In this document: piece after piece, positions 49,220 through 59,906 of the stretch
How positions within the stretch are numbered: the first letter of the stretch is position 1
Layout: each line of letters starts with the position of its first letter
Assembly: GCA_963974265.1 (NCBI GenBank)
Contig: CAXBDR010000001.1
Coordinates: forward strand, 902 to 64,901
Direction of reading: 5' to 3'
DNA: 64,000 nucleotides
DNA from: an uncultured Rhodoferax sp.
Lineage (GTDB): Bacteria; Pseudomonadota; Gammaproteobacteria; Burkholderiales; Burkholderiaceae_C
The notes under the pieces: generated by a model
Seen by the model: the letters and a program-made list of their open reading frames with translations, nothing else
Databases searched by the model: none
What the model was told of the DNA's origin: nothing
Position numbers and translations under genes: made by a program

Positions 49220-50305
49220 TCAGCCCCAGGGCTGCAGGCGCCGCATCGAACGGTGCCAGCGCAACAGGTCCGCGTCGGGCATCACGGAACCGGACGCCGG
49301 TCGATCCGCGACGCCGTCGTCCGGCCCCGTGCGGGACCGCGCCGTTCGCTCGGCCAGCCGGTCCGCCACCCAGCCCGCCGCCAGCCCCAGCACCCGATCG
49401 CGCTGATCGACACCGTGGGCGTCGACCATGAAATGATCATGGCCGGGCAGTTCCCAGTAGGTCAGGCCACCATGGCCGGCGTCCCGGTATGCCTGTTGCG
49501 CCAGCCGGGCCGATGCGACCGGTGCCTGCGCATCGCGCTCGCCCTGCACCAGCAGCACCGGCGCCGCCGACGTCAACAAGGCGCGCACCGGCACCGTGTC
49601 GGCCACGTCGGCCCACCAGCGCAGCGAGTTGCCGCCCCACTCCGACACCGGGCGCGCGCCCGGGCCGGGATCGCGCCGCGCCTGCGCCAGCAGGCCGTCG
49701 AGCTGCTGTGCCACGGGTGGCGGAACCACGCGCCGGATCGAGGTTGCAAGGGTCTCGCCCAGGCTGCTCGACAGCACCACCACCGCATCCGGATGGGCCA
49801 TCGGCGCCAGTTGCGCCACCACGGCCCCGCCCTCGGAGCCGCCGAACAACACCAGCGGCCCGTTCCACCCGGGCGCATCACGCAAGGCCCGCAGCACCTG
49901 CCGGGCGTCTGCGGCGCGCTGGCTGACCGTGTGGTGGAGCCGGTAGTCCTGCGAACAGTCGGCCATGGCGTCGGCGGGGCGATCATCCGGCGACACGCCG
50001 TATTTCTCCACCGTCAACAAGGCCAGCGCGGGTGCGACGGCATGGGCCGCCGCCACGCTGGTGCTGGCCGATGCCGGCAGGCAGCCCGAACCCTGGGCCA
50101 CCAGCAAGACGCCCCGGGGCGAGCCGGCCTCGGGTGCTGCGATCAGGGGCGGCGTCAACGACCAGTGGATCAGGCTGCCGTCGGCCCGCGGGCTGGTGCC
50201 GGACTGGACCGCGGCAGCCTGGGCCAGGCCACATGCCAGCAAGGCGGTGACAGCCGCCGCGGACCGCAGCCATGGCCGCGCGCACACGGTTGGCATGGAT
50301 TGCAT
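49220..50305 (-). CDS. Secreted alpha/beta hydrolase
   Basis: Signal peptide, QGSGC, GGSEGG, QGERD, GHDH. Confidence 0.8.
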   Translation of the reverse strand: MQSMPTVCARPWLRSAAAVTALLACGLAQAAAVQSGTSPRADGSLIHWSLTPPLIAAPEAGSPRGVLLVAQGSGCLPASASTSVAAAHAVAPALALLTVEKYGVSPDDRPADAMADCSQDYRLHHTVSQRAADARQVLRALRDAPGWNGPLVLFGGSEGGAVVAQLAPMAHPDAVVVLSSSLGETLATSIRRVVPPPVAQQLDGLLAQARRDPGPGARPVSEWGGNSLRWWADVADTVPVRALLTSAAPVLLVQGERDAQAPVASARLAQQAYRDAGHGGLTYWELPGHDHFMVDAHGVDQRDRVLGLAAGWVADRLAERTARSRTGPDDGVADRPASGSVMPDADLLRWHRSMRRLQPWG

Positions 50306-50520
50306 GAGACTCCCTGTCGGTGTTCTGAAGCCCCGTATCTTGCCAAAAAATCGGCGAGCAGGGCCCGGTCGCGACAACGAACATGCGGACTCCGGAACCG
50401 GCCTGGTCGCATCCGCATCACCGCGGCGCCGCGTGCGTGTGATACCGTGGCGTTCCTTCGGGATGGCGGCGGGTCCGCGCTCCCGCCACATGGACCTCAC
50501 CCAGCAATCGAGACCGGATC

Positions 50521-51855
50521 TTGGGAAAACTGTTGATTCCTCTGGCAGCCCTGCTCAGCGGCGTGGGCCTGCTGATCGTGGGCACCGGCCTGATGTTCGC
50601 CGCCATCGGCGCGCAGGCCTCGACGGCCAATTTCTCCAGCCTGGTGACCGGCCTGGTGATGTCCGCCTATTTCGCCGGCGCCATCTACGGCACCTATGCC
50701 TGCCCGCACATCATCCGCAAGGTCGGCTTCATCCGGGCGTTCGCGGCCATGGCTTCGGTGGCGTCCACGCTGCCGCTGCTGCATGCCTTGTGGATCAATC
50801 CCGTTTTCTGGGGCGCGCTGCGTTTCATCACCGGCCTGTGCCTGGTCGGCCTGTACCTGGTGGTCGAGAGCTGGCTCAACGTGGTGGCACCGACCGACAA
50901 GCGGGGCAAGGTGTTCGCCATCTACCTGGTCGTCAACATGGTGGCGCTGGCCGTCGGCCAGTGGCTGATCCTGGTCGGCGACCGCAACGGTTTCGTGCCC
51001 TTCGTGCTGGTCTCGGTGCTGTTCTCGTTCGCGTTGTTGCCGATCACGCTGACGCCGGTCGAACAGCCGGAGATCACCGAGGCACCCAAGTTCAGCCTGA
51101 TCGAATTGTTCACGATCTCGCCCATCGGTACCCTCGGCGCGCTGGTGTCGGGCATGCTCAGTGGCCCGCTGCTGGGCCTGGGCCATGTGTTCGGCGCCGG
51201 TGTCGGATTCAGCGATGCCGGCATCGCCACCTTCATGGCGGCCACCATCCTGGGCGGTGCCGCGTTCCAGTGGCCGGTGGGCCATTTCTCCGACCGTCAC
51301 GACCGGCGCCTGGTGCTGTTCTGGGTGGCCGTCGCCTGCGCGGGCGTGGCCGGCGTCGGTTTCCTGCTGGCGCGCGACTACGAGAATTCGTTGATCGCGC
51401 TGGGCGTCGTGTTCGGCGGACTGGCGTTCACCGTCTACGGCATCAGCGTCGCCCACGTCAACGACCTGGTCGACCGGGTCAAGGTGCTGCAGGTTACCGG
51501 CGGACTGCTGCTGCTCAACGGCATGGGCGCCACCATCGGCCCTACGCTGGCCGGCGGCATGATGGACCTGATCGGGCCCGAGGCCCTGATGCTGTATTTC
51601 TCCGTGGTACTGGCCGCGCTGGCGGCGCTGACCTGGCACTACCGGCGCAAGTTCCCGATGAACCGCGGCGAACCCAGCGAGAAGGCCGATTTCGTGATGG
51701 CCGGCGCCAGCACCCAGGCGGTACTGCCGATGGACCCGCGTTTCCCCGACAGCGAAATGCCCGCGCACGACGCCGCGGCGGGCGAGCCCGCCTCGCCCCC
51801 ACCGCCGGAAGAGCCCATCCCACCCCCCACGGCCCCGTCCGGACCGGCGGCCTGA
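50521..51855 (+). CDS. MFS transporter (YcaD-like)
   Basis: MSAYFAG, VVESWLN, QWPVGHFSDRHDRR. Confidence 0.88.
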   Translation: MGKLLIPLAALLSGVGLLIVGTGLMFAAIGAQASTANFSSLVTGLVMSAYFAGAIYGTYACPHIIRKVGFIRAFAAMASVASTLPLLHALWINPVFWGALRFITGLCLVGLYLVVESWLNVVAPTDKRGKVFAIYLVVNMVALAVGQWLILVGDRNGFVPFVLVSVLFSFALLPITLTPVEQPEITEAPKFSLIELFTISPIGTLGALVSGMLSGPLLGLGHVFGAGVGFSDAGIATFMAATILGGAAFQWPVGHFSDRHDRRLVLFWVAVACAGVAGVGFLLARDYENSLIALGVVFGGLAFTVYGISVAHVNDLVDRVKVLQVTGGLLLLNGMGATIGPTLAGGMMDLIGPEALMLYFSVVLAALAALTWHYRRKFPMNRGEPSEKADFVMAGASTQAVLPMDPRFPDSEMPAHDAAAGEPASPPPPEEPIPPPTAPSGPAA

Positions 51856-52019
51856 GACAGGCCGCAACCCGCCTGACGCCGGCATGACGCGCCGGGTCAA
51901 TTACTTGAATTGCCGCATCGGCGGGGACGGGTCGCGGCGGCGGTTGCCGCCTACACTTTCGTTTCTGCCTGCACGGCGGCGTCGTTGCGCCGCGCGCCGG
52001 GCGAACATCAAGGACTCTC

Positions 52020-53645
52020 GTGGCGGCTCAGGAATACGACTACATCGTCGTCGGTGCCGGTTCGGCCGGCTGTGTGCTGGCCGACCAGCTCAGCGCCGGC
52101 GGGCGGGCCACGGTGCTGGTGCTCGAGGCCGGTGGCCATGACCGGCGGCTGTGGATCAACATGCCGATCGGATACGGCAAGACCTTCTACGACGAACGCG
52201 TCAACTGGAAGTTCGAGGCCCAGTCCGACCCGGGCCTGAAGGACCGGCGCATCTATTTCCCGCGCGGCAAGGTGGTGGGCGGCTCGAGTTCGATCAACGC
52301 CATGGTGTATTGCCGCGGCTTGCCGGGCGATTTCGACGACTGGGCCGCCGCCGGCAATCGCGGCTGGGGCTGGAGCGACGTGGCGCCGGTCTATGACCGC
52401 TTCGAGCGGCGCGTCGACGCCGACGGAACACCGGCGGCCGAAGGCGGCCCCTTGTTCGTCAGCGACGTGCGCCGGCAACTGCATCCGATGGCGCGCCACT
52501 TCTTCGCCGCCGCGCAACAGGCCGGCCTGCCGCTCACCGAGGATTTCAACGGCCCCGAACCCGAGGGGATCGGCCGCTACCACATCAACACCCGGCGCGG
52601 CATGCGCTGGTCGGCGGCCGACGCCTTCCTGCGCCCGGCACTGCGCCGCGGCCAGGTCACGCTGGCCACCGGCGCGCTGGCCGAACGCATCGTGTTCGAA
52701 GGTCGCAAGGCCGTCGGCGTGACCTACCGCCAGGATGGCGCGCGCCACACGGCCCGGGCCCGCGCGGCCGTGGTGCTCAGCGCCGGCGCCATCCAGAGTC
52801 CGCAGCTGCTGCAGCTCTCGGGCGTGGGCCCGGGCGCGCTGCTGCAACGCCACGGCGTCAACCCGGTGCTGGTGCAGGAGCAGGTCGGCACCCGGCTGCA
52901 GGACCACCTGGCGATGAGCTACAGCTACCAGTCGCTCGAACCCACGCTGAACAATGTGTTGTCCAGCCTGTGGGGCAAGCTGCGGGTCGGCGTGCAATAC
53001 GTGACCACGCTGGGCGGGCCGCTGAGCATCAGCGTCAACCAGTGCGGCGGCTTCGTGCGCTCGCATGCCGGCGCGACGCAGGCCGACATGCAGCTGTATT
53101 GCAATCCGATCACCTATACGCTCGCCGCCTCGAAAACCGGCACGCAGATCGTGCCGGACCGCTTTGCCGGCTTCATCCTGTGTTTCCAGCCCTGTCGGCC
53201 GCTCAGCCGCGGGCGGGTGGAGATCGCCGGCCTGGACGCCGCCAGCGCGCCGATCATCACGCCGGGTTATCTCTCGCACCCCGAAGACGTGGCGCAGGCC
53301 TTGCGCGGCGCGCAGCTGGTCCGCCGGCTGGAGAACACCGACGCCATGCGGGGCCTGATCCGCACCCCGATCGCGCCGCGGCTCGACGCGATGGACGACG
53401 CGGCCATGGTCGAGGACTTCCGCAACCGCGCCAGCACCTGTTACCACCCGGTGGGCAGTTGCGCGATGGGACCCGATGCGGCGACCTCGGTCGTCGACGC
53501 CAACCTCAAGGTGCACGGCCTGGACCATCTTTACGTGGTCGATGCCTCGGTGTTTCCCAACGTCACCTCGGGCAACACCCATGCACCGACGACCATGGTC
53601 GCGCACAAGGGCGCGCAGGCCATCCTGGCGGCCGCGCGCGGCTGA
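52020..53645 (+). CDS. GMC family FAD oxidoreductase
   Basis: GAGSAG, RGKVVGGSSSINAM, LQDH, YHPVG, SGNTHAP. Confidence 0.92.
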   Translation: MAAQEYDYIVVGAGSAGCVLADQLSAGGRATVLVLEAGGHDRRLWINMPIGYGKTFYDERVNWKFEAQSDPGLKDRRIYFPRGKVVGGSSSINAMVYCRGLPGDFDDWAAAGNRGWGWSDVAPVYDRFERRVDADGTPAAEGGPLFVSDVRRQLHPMARHFFAAAQQAGLPLTEDFNGPEPEGIGRYHINTRRGMRWSAADAFLRPALRRGQVTLATGALAERIVFEGRKAVGVTYRQDGARHTARARAAVVLSAGAIQSPQLLQLSGVGPGALLQRHGVNPVLVQEQVGTRLQDHLAMSYSYQSLEPTLNNVLSSLWGKLRVGVQYVTTLGGPLSISVNQCGGFVRSHAGATQADMQLYCNPITYTLAASKTGTQIVPDRFAGFILCFQPCRPLSRGRVEIAGLDAASAPIITPGYLSHPEDVAQALRGAQLVRRLENTDAMRGLIRTPIAPRLDAMDDAAMVEDFRNRASTCYHPVGSCAMGPDAATSVVDANLKVHGLDHLYVVDASVFPNVTSGNTHAPTTMVAHKGAQAILAAARG

Positions 53646-53678
53646 CAACACGCACGCATTTCACAAGGAGCACACGCC

Positions 53679-54872
53679 ATGCAACTCGAATCGATCAAGA
53701 CCTACGTGGTCGGCAACCCGCCGCCGTCGTTCGGCGGCAGGTATTTCGTATTCGTCAAGATCCGTACCGCCTGCGGCATCGAGGGCATCGGCGAAGCCTA
53801 TGCGGCCACCTTCAGTCCGCACGTGATCACGGCCATGGCCGAGGACCTGTTCGCGCGCGTGTTCGCCGGGCAGGACCCGATGCAGGTCGAGACGCTGTGG
53901 CGCAAGGCCTACGGCGCCGGCTTCACGCTGCGCCCGGACGTGTCGCTGATGGGCGTGCTCAGCGCGCTCGAGATGGCCTGCTGGGACATCACCGGCAAGG
54001 CGCTGGAACAACCGGTCTACAAGCTGCTCGGCGGCCTGGTCAACCCGCGCCTGCGCACCTACACCTACCTGTATCCCGATGCGAACGAAGACGATTCGTT
54101 CTACGACGATCCGGTCAGGTCGGCCGAACGCGCGGCGATCTACGTGGACCAGGGCTTCACCGCGGTCAAGCTCGATCCGGTCGGCGGTTATTCGGTGTTC
54201 GACCCGCGCCAGCCCACGCTCGAGCGCATGGACCTGTCGGAGCGTTTCTGCAAGCTGATCCGCGAGGCGGTCGGCGACAAGGCCGACATCCTGTTCGGCA
54301 CGCACGGGCAATACACGGTGTCGGGAGCCAAGCGCATGGCCCGGCGGATCGAGAAGTACGACCCGCTGTGGTTCGAGGAGCCGACACCGCCCGAGCGACC
54401 CGAGATGATGGCCGAAGTGGCGCGGCACACCAGCATTCCGGTGGCCACCGGCGAGCGCCTGTGCAGCAAGTACGAATTCGCACGCGTGATAGAAACCGGC
54501 GCGGCGTCCATCCTGCAACCCAACCTGGGCCGGGTCGGCGGCATCCTGGAGGCCAGGAAGATCGCCGCCATGGCCGAGGCCCACTACGTGCAGGTGGCTC
54601 CCCACCTGTATTGCGGACCGGTGGTGGCCGCCGCCAACATCCAGTTCGCCGCCAGCATCCCGAACTTCCTGATCCTCGAGAGCATCCAGCAACTCGGCGG
54701 TTTCCACGAGAAGCTGCTGAAGAAGAAGATCCAGTGGGAAGACGGCTACGTGATCCCGAGCAAGGAGCCGGGCCTGGGCGTGGAACTGAACGAAGAAGTC
54801 GCGCTGGCCCATCCCTACAGCGGCACCGCACTGCACCTGGAGATGGCCCAGCATCCACTGGGATACCACTGA
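53679..54872 (+). CDS. Mandelate racemase/galactonate-dehydratase-like enolase superfamily enzyme
   Basis: GIGE, KLDP, WFEEP, ATGER, APH, PGLG. Confidence 0.9.
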   Translation: MQLESIKTYVVGNPPPSFGGRYFVFVKIRTACGIEGIGEAYAATFSPHVITAMAEDLFARVFAGQDPMQVETLWRKAYGAGFTLRPDVSLMGVLSALEMACWDITGKALEQPVYKLLGGLVNPRLRTYTYLYPDANEDDSFYDDPVRSAERAAIYVDQGFTAVKLDPVGGYSVFDPRQPTLERMDLSERFCKLIREAVGDKADILFGTHGQYTVSGAKRMARRIEKYDPLWFEEPTPPERPEMMAEVARHTSIPVATGERLCSKYEFARVIETGAASILQPNLGRVGGILEARKIAAMAEAHYVQVAPHLYCGPVVAAANIQFAASIPNFLILESIQQLGGFHEKLLKKKIQWEDGYVIPSKEPGLGVELNEEVALAHPYSGTALHLEMAQHPLGYH

Positions 54873-55043
54873 AACAGGGGGTCCACCGGCTCGCCGAAAC
54901 GGATATTCTCTGAGCCCGTTGCCACCACTTCGCGCCCAGATGCGTACGGCCCCATGGACTTATCCGATCCCGCCTGCAGCCTCGTGGCACAAGCCACCTC
55001 GCAGGTCTATTACGTCGGCCGACGCCGACCACCCGGCAGCATC

Positions 55044-56468
55044 ATGAAAACCTATCGCAATTTCATCCACAACGAATGGGTCGCCCCCGAGAACGGCTCC
55101 CTGATGGCCGTCGACAACCCGGCAACCGAAAAACTCGTGGCCCATGTCAGCGCGGCCAGCAGCGCACAGGTGAATGCCGCCTGCGAAGCCGCGGCACTGG
55201 CGCAACGCGCCTGGCGCCGGCTGCCGGCCATCGAGCGCGGCCGCTACCTGCATGCGCTGGCCGATGCGCTGGTCGCCCGCAAGGACGCCATCGGTGCGGC
55301 GTTGGCGCGTGAATCCGGCAAGAGCCTGCAGGACGCAAGCAACGAGGCGATCTATGCCGCCGACATCACGCGTTACCACGCCGAGTGGGCGCGACGCATC
55401 GAAGGCGAGGTCATCCCCAGCGACGCGGCCAACGAGAACCTGGTGCTGCACCGTGAGGCCATCGGCGTCGTGGCCTGCCTGATCCCGTTCAACTACCCGG
55501 TCTACACCTTGCTGCGCAAGATCGCGCCGGCACTGATCACCGGCAACACCGTGGTCGTGCGGCCGAGCAACAACACGCCATGCAGCGCATTCGAGATCGC
55601 CCACGCGGTGCTCGACGCCGGTCTGCCACCGGGGGTGGTCAACATCATGACCATGGGCCACGCGGAAGCCGAGGCCATGTGCACGCATCCGCGCGTGGGC
55701 ATGATCACGCTGACCGGCGGCCTGAAGGCCGGACGCCGGGTTCTGGACTACGCCAAGACCAACATCGCCAAGCCCTCGCTGGAGCTGGGTGGCAAGACAC
55801 CGGCCCTCGTGGCCGCCGACGCCGACCTGGAGGCGGCGGCGCAGGCCATCGTCGGCTCCAAGACCACGAACTGCGGCCAGCTGTGCACCGCGGTGGAGCG
55901 GGTGTATGTGCACCGCTCGGTGCACGATGCACTGGTGAGCCTGCTGCGCGACAAGATGCGCAACGTTCAAGTAGGCGACCGCGCGGCCGATCCGTCCCGC
56001 ATGGGCCCACTGATCAGCGCCGACAGCCGCCAGAACATCCACGACATGGTGCAGCGTGCGGTGGCCGCCGGAGCCAGGCTGGAATGCGGCGGCGTCATGC
56101 CCGCGGGCCCCGGGTTCTTCTATCCGCCGACCTTGCTGACCGGTGCCAGCCAGGAGTCCGAGATCGTGCAGGAGGAAGTCTTCGGCCCGGTGCTGTGCGT
56201 CTTGCCCTACGACAGCTTCGACGACGCACTGGCCATGGCCAACGACCACCAGTACGGACTGGCGTCGGTGCTGTTCACCAACGACTACCGCCAGGTCATG
56301 CAGGCCGGCAACGAGATCGAGGCCGGCGAGTTGTACATCAACCGCACGCCCGCCGACCCGTACCAGGGTTACCACGCCGGCTGGAAACGCTCCGGCCTGG
56401 GTGGTGACGACGGCAAGCACGGCATGCTGGAGTTCACGCAGACGCGGTTGGTGGTGATGCCGTACTGA
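55044..56468 (+). CDS. aldA: NAD-dependent aldehyde dehydrogenase, AldA-like
   Basis: ARRIEGEVIPSD, LELGGK, GQLC, EEVFGP, GWKRSGLGGDDGKHG. Confidence 0.8.
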   Translation: MKTYRNFIHNEWVAPENGSLMAVDNPATEKLVAHVSAASSAQVNAACEAAALAQRAWRRLPAIERGRYLHALADALVARKDAIGAALARESGKSLQDASNEAIYAADITRYHAEWARRIEGEVIPSDAANENLVLHREAIGVVACLIPFNYPVYTLLRKIAPALITGNTVVVRPSNNTPCSAFEIAHAVLDAGLPPGVVNIMTMGHAEAEAMCTHPRVGMITLTGGLKAGRRVLDYAKTNIAKPSLELGGKTPALVAADADLEAAAQAIVGSKTTNCGQLCTAVERVYVHRSVHDALVSLLRDKMRNVQVGDRAADPSRMGPLISADSRQNIHDMVQRAVAAGARLECGGVMPAGPGFFYPPTLLTGASQESEIVQEEVFGPVLCVLPYDSFDDALAMANDHQYGLASVLFTNDYRQVMQAGNEIEAGELYINRTPADPYQGYHAGWKRSGLGGDDGKHGMLEFTQTRLVVMPY

Positions 56469-56479
56469 TCGCTCCCAGC

Positions 56480-56522
56480 CCTGGCTTCGCCAGGCCCCCG
56501 AGGGGTTCAAGAAACCCCGGGC
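56480..56522. terminator. Hairpin region between convergent genes
   Basis: CTGGC-ttc-GCCAG and GGGGTT-caaga-AACCCC inverted repeats. Confidence 0.4.
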
Positions 56523-56578
56523 GGTCCGGCGTGTTGTTGAGAGTCACGGTCGCGGTGCGTCCATTGACGCGCCCCGCT

Positions 56579-57415
56579 TCAGAGCGAGGGTTTGCTGCCC
56601 TTGCCCACGCGTTTCTCGATGGCCTCGCTGCGCAACTTGTCGACCCGTTCGTTGGCCGCCAGTTCCGCCTTGACCCAGGACTGCACGTCGATCATCGTGG
56701 CTTGGACACGGGTTGCCGGCTGGTTGGCGGTTGCGGAAACCCGGTACTCCAGCATGCTGGCGCATTGGGCAAGATCTTTGCCCCGGCTGTGCAGGAACAG
56801 GTCGAGCCGGTACTTGCCGCCACCGGCCTTGCGGTACACCAGGTCCAGGATGCCCTTCTTCTGTCGTATGTCGGTGGTCGGCAACGACACACCGGTGCCG
56901 TTGGGATTGGTCGACAGGCAGTTCATGTCGCCGCTGCCAAATCTCCAGTGCTGGATGCCGGTCGTGCTGGCCGACACAGCGCCGTATTTGTCGAGGAGCG
57001 CCTGGCTGAACTGGCCACCGGTGATCGGATCGACGTTGTTGGCGAGCATGCGCCGCACACCGACCAGCATTCCGCCCGCCGGTGGCGGCGAGAACATCAA
57101 CTCGAACGATTCCTCGCGCCGCTTGTTGCCCTGGATGTCAACCTTGCCGGCCGTGATGCGGGCCAGGAAGTCATCGGTCTTGAGACCATGGTTGACGCCG
57201 TCGCTGTAGCCGTATGCCATCCGGATTTCATAGATCTTGTCCGCGCCGATGCCGTGCGTCTTGAGCGCCTGGACCGCTTGCTCGGGCGTCATGCCGAGCC
57301 GTAGCCCGACGATGTCGAACACGTTGTCATCGGCGAAGGCCGGCGAGCAGAAGGTGGTGAACAAGACTGTCGCAACCGTGCTGGCGACACGAGCCAGCTT
57401 TTTGTTGTACGGCAT
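56579..57415 (-). CDS. Hypothetical exported protein
   Basis: Signal peptide ending PAFA, DIVGLRLGMTPEQA N-terminal motif; GGGAG RBS. Confidence 0.75.
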   Translation of the reverse strand: MPYNKKLARVASTVATVLFTTFCSPAFADDNVFDIVGLRLGMTPEQAVQALKTHGIGADKIYEIRMAYGYSDGVNHGLKTDDFLARITAGKVDIQGNKRREESFELMFSPPPAGGMLVGVRRMLANNVDPITGGQFSQALLDKYGAVSASTTGIQHWRFGSGDMNCLSTNPNGTGVSLPTTDIRQKKGILDLVYRKAGGGKYRLDLFLHSRGKDLAQCASMLEYRVSATANQPATRVQATMIDVQSWVKAELAANERVDKLRSEAIEKRVGKGSKPSL

Positions 57416-57561
57416 CTCCCTGCGTCCTTTCGATCAGATATGGAAATCGCGATGCTACGAAACCCCCCGATGATGTCAAGGAAAGAGTGCCGCCCGCCGC
57501 CGTGAAGGCGCTTGAACGACCAGCGTCGACGTCGTCCCGTTTGCGGCTTCGACTCTGTGGC

Positions 57562-58827
57562 TCATGTCCGCGCCGACGTGGCGGGTCCATCCTGCGCCAC
57601 CTGAAAACAGGCACGGCAGTGCCGCCAGGTCAGACCGATGGCGACGACGCCGCAGAGCGCGGTGACCGTGGCCGCGGTCGGCGCGCCCAGGTGCTCGGCG
57701 AGCCAGCCCGTGGCCAGGAATCCGAGCGGTGCCACGCCGATGCACATGGTCATCATGCCCAGCGCCTCCGTGCGGCGATCGTCGGGCGCGGCGACGTAGA
57801 CCAGCGTGGCCTGCATCACGGCGAAACCCGCTTGCGCGACGCCGATCACCAGCAGCACGGTGGCGGTGAGCCACACGTTCCAGCTCCAGCCCAACACGAT
57901 CTGCAGCACGAGAAACAGCAGCACGGCACCGAGGTACAGCTGCCCCTGGCGCAGGCGCGCGGCGAGCGAGGTCAGCACCAGCGCGCCGAGCAACGAACCG
58001 ACGCCGTCGACACTGGCCAGCAGGCCGACGTCCTGCGCATCGAGCTGCAAGCGCACCTGGCCGATCACCGGCACCATGCTCAGCACCGGCCAGCCGAACA
58101 GATTGAACAGGATCGTGATCCACAGGATCGCGCGCAGCGGGGGTGACGCGCGGGCGGCTTGCCAACCACGCACCAGCAAGGCGCGCAGCGTGGGCCGGGT
58201 CGTGTTCGGCGCCACGACCTGGCGTGACAGCCCGGTCAGCGCAGCCAGCACCGGCAGGTAGAAGATGCTCGTGAACACCAGCACGGCCGTGAGCCCGCCG
58301 TGCGCCAGCAGCAGGCCACCCAGGCCGGGGCCGATCAGGCGGCAGGCGTTCGAAGCCACGGCGTCCAGCGACATGGCCCGCACCAGCCGGCCGTGGCCGG
58401 CGATGTCGCCCATCAGGCTGCGGCGCATCGGCATGTCGCCCGCCCAGACGACACCGTTGATGAAACTCGCCAGCGCGAGGTGCCAGACCGCCAGCACGCC
58501 CAGCAGCGAGAGCACCAGCAGCACGCCACTGGTGACCAGCAGCATGGCATGAGTCGCAATCAGCACGGTGCGCCGCGACCGGCGCGTGGCCAGCGCGCCC
58601 AGAGCCAGGCCGAACAGCGACAACGGCAGCAGGCGCAGCATCATCAGCGTGGCGACCCACAACGCCGACTGCGTGCGCTCGAACGTGAACACCGCAAAGG
58701 CCAGGATCTCGACCCAGCGGATCAGCGACATCAGCATGCCGACCGCCCACAGCCGATGCAACTGCGTGTCGCGCAGCATGGACAGTGGCGCGACCGGGGC
58801 CGCGGTGGAGCTTGTGGGATGGGTCAA
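57562..58827 (-). CDS. MFS transporter
   Basis: About 12 hydrophobic segments, DMPMRRS, GPGLGG. Confidence 0.85.
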   Translation of the reverse strand: MTHPTSSTAAPVAPLSMLRDTQLHRLWAVGMLMSLIRWVEILAFAVFTFERTQSALWVATLMMLRLLPLSLFGLALGALATRRSRRTVLIATHAMLLVTSGVLLVLSLLGVLAVWHLALASFINGVVWAGDMPMRRSLMGDIAGHGRLVRAMSLDAVASNACRLIGPGLGGLLLAHGGLTAVLVFTSIFYLPVLAALTGLSRQVVAPNTTRPTLRALLVRGWQAARASPPLRAILWITILFNLFGWPVLSMVPVIGQVRLQLDAQDVGLLASVDGVGSLLGALVLTSLAARLRQGQLYLGAVLLFLVLQIVLGWSWNVWLTATVLLVIGVAQAGFAVMQATLVYVAAPDDRRTEALGMMTMCIGVAPLGFLATGWLAEHLGAPTAATVTALCGVVAIGLTWRHCRACFQVAQDGPATSART

Positions 58828-58927
58828 GACGCTACGGTATCGCCAAGCGACTGCGATGGGACGGATCCGGTGCGACGGGCACAGCGCGATTTTGACCCAA
58901 GCCGATGCCCAGGCGCCGCCGCGCGGG

Positions 58928-59800
58928 TCATGCCAGGCCCTCGGCCAGTGCCTCGAACACCACCCGGATGCGCCGCGCGGTGCGCAATTCGCGGTGGGTC
59001 ACCAGCCAGATCGGGAAACGCACCGGCGGCACCTCGTCGAGCACGCGCACGATCCCAGGAGTCATGCGGGCGACCTCGTCCATCATGGCGCCAATGCCCA
59101 GGCCCTCGCGCACCAACGCCCAGTGGGCCACCGAGTGATCCGAGAAGCAGCTGAAGTTCGCCTCCTGCAGCGGCAGGCCGTGCTGGCGCAGGTAGTCCAG
59201 GTACTGGCCCGCGCGGTCCGAGCCCACGAAGGGCGCACGGGCCGCGTCCTGGGTGCCGCGGGGGTGGCCATGCACCTTCACCCAGTCCTGCGACGCATAG
59301 AAGCCGGCCGTGGCCTCGCGGATCAAGCGCGCAATCAGGTCCGGCTGCTCCGGCTTGACATGGCGGATGGCGATGTCGGCCTCGCGGCGCAGCAGGTCGC
59401 TCAGCGCATTGGTCGCGACCACCTCGATCGCAATGCCCGGCTCCCGCTCGCGCAATTGCCGAACCAGCGGGGGCAACAGGTAGGCGGCCACCACATCGCT
59501 GGCCGACACCGACACCACGCCGCCCACCGCCTGCGAGCGGCCGGTGGCGGCCAGGCCGAGTGCCTCGGCGGCCGCGCCCATTGCGCGCGCGTGCTCCAGC
59601 AGATCCAGCCCGGTGGCGGTCAGCGCCATGGCCTTGCCCACCCGCTCGAACAACACCACGCCCATGCGCTGCTCGATAGCCGCCACCTGGCGGCTCAAGG
59701 TGGGCTGGGTCAGGCCCAGTTTGCGCGCCGCGGCCGACAAGGAGCCGGTCTCGGCCGTCTCCAGAAAGGCCCGGAGCTGGTTCCAGTCGAGTTTTTCCAT
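58928..59800 (-). CDS. LysR family transcriptional regulator
   Basis: LDWNQLRAF..GSLSAAARKLGLTQPTLSRQ; RREADIAIRH. Confidence 0.93.
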   Translation of the reverse strand: MEKLDWNQLRAFLETAETGSLSAAARKLGLTQPTLSRQVAAIEQRMGVVLFERVGKAMALTATGLDLLEHARAMGAAAEALGLAATGRSQAVGGVVSVSASDVVAAYLLPPLVRQLREREPGIAIEVVATNALSDLLRREADIAIRHVKPEQPDLIARLIREATAGFYASQDWVKVHGHPRGTQDAARAPFVGSDRAGQYLDYLRQHGLPLQEANFSCFSDHSVAHWALVREGLGIGAMMDEVARMTPGIVRVLDEVPPVRFPIWLVTHRELRTARRIRVVFEALAEGLA

Positions 59801-59906
59801 GCATAAATGTATATGTTCACGACGGAATTCCGCAATTGCCTGTCGTTCTGCGCATGGGTAGCATGCTCGCATTCGTAATGACCACCAGCGGACCGCCGCG
59901 CCATCC

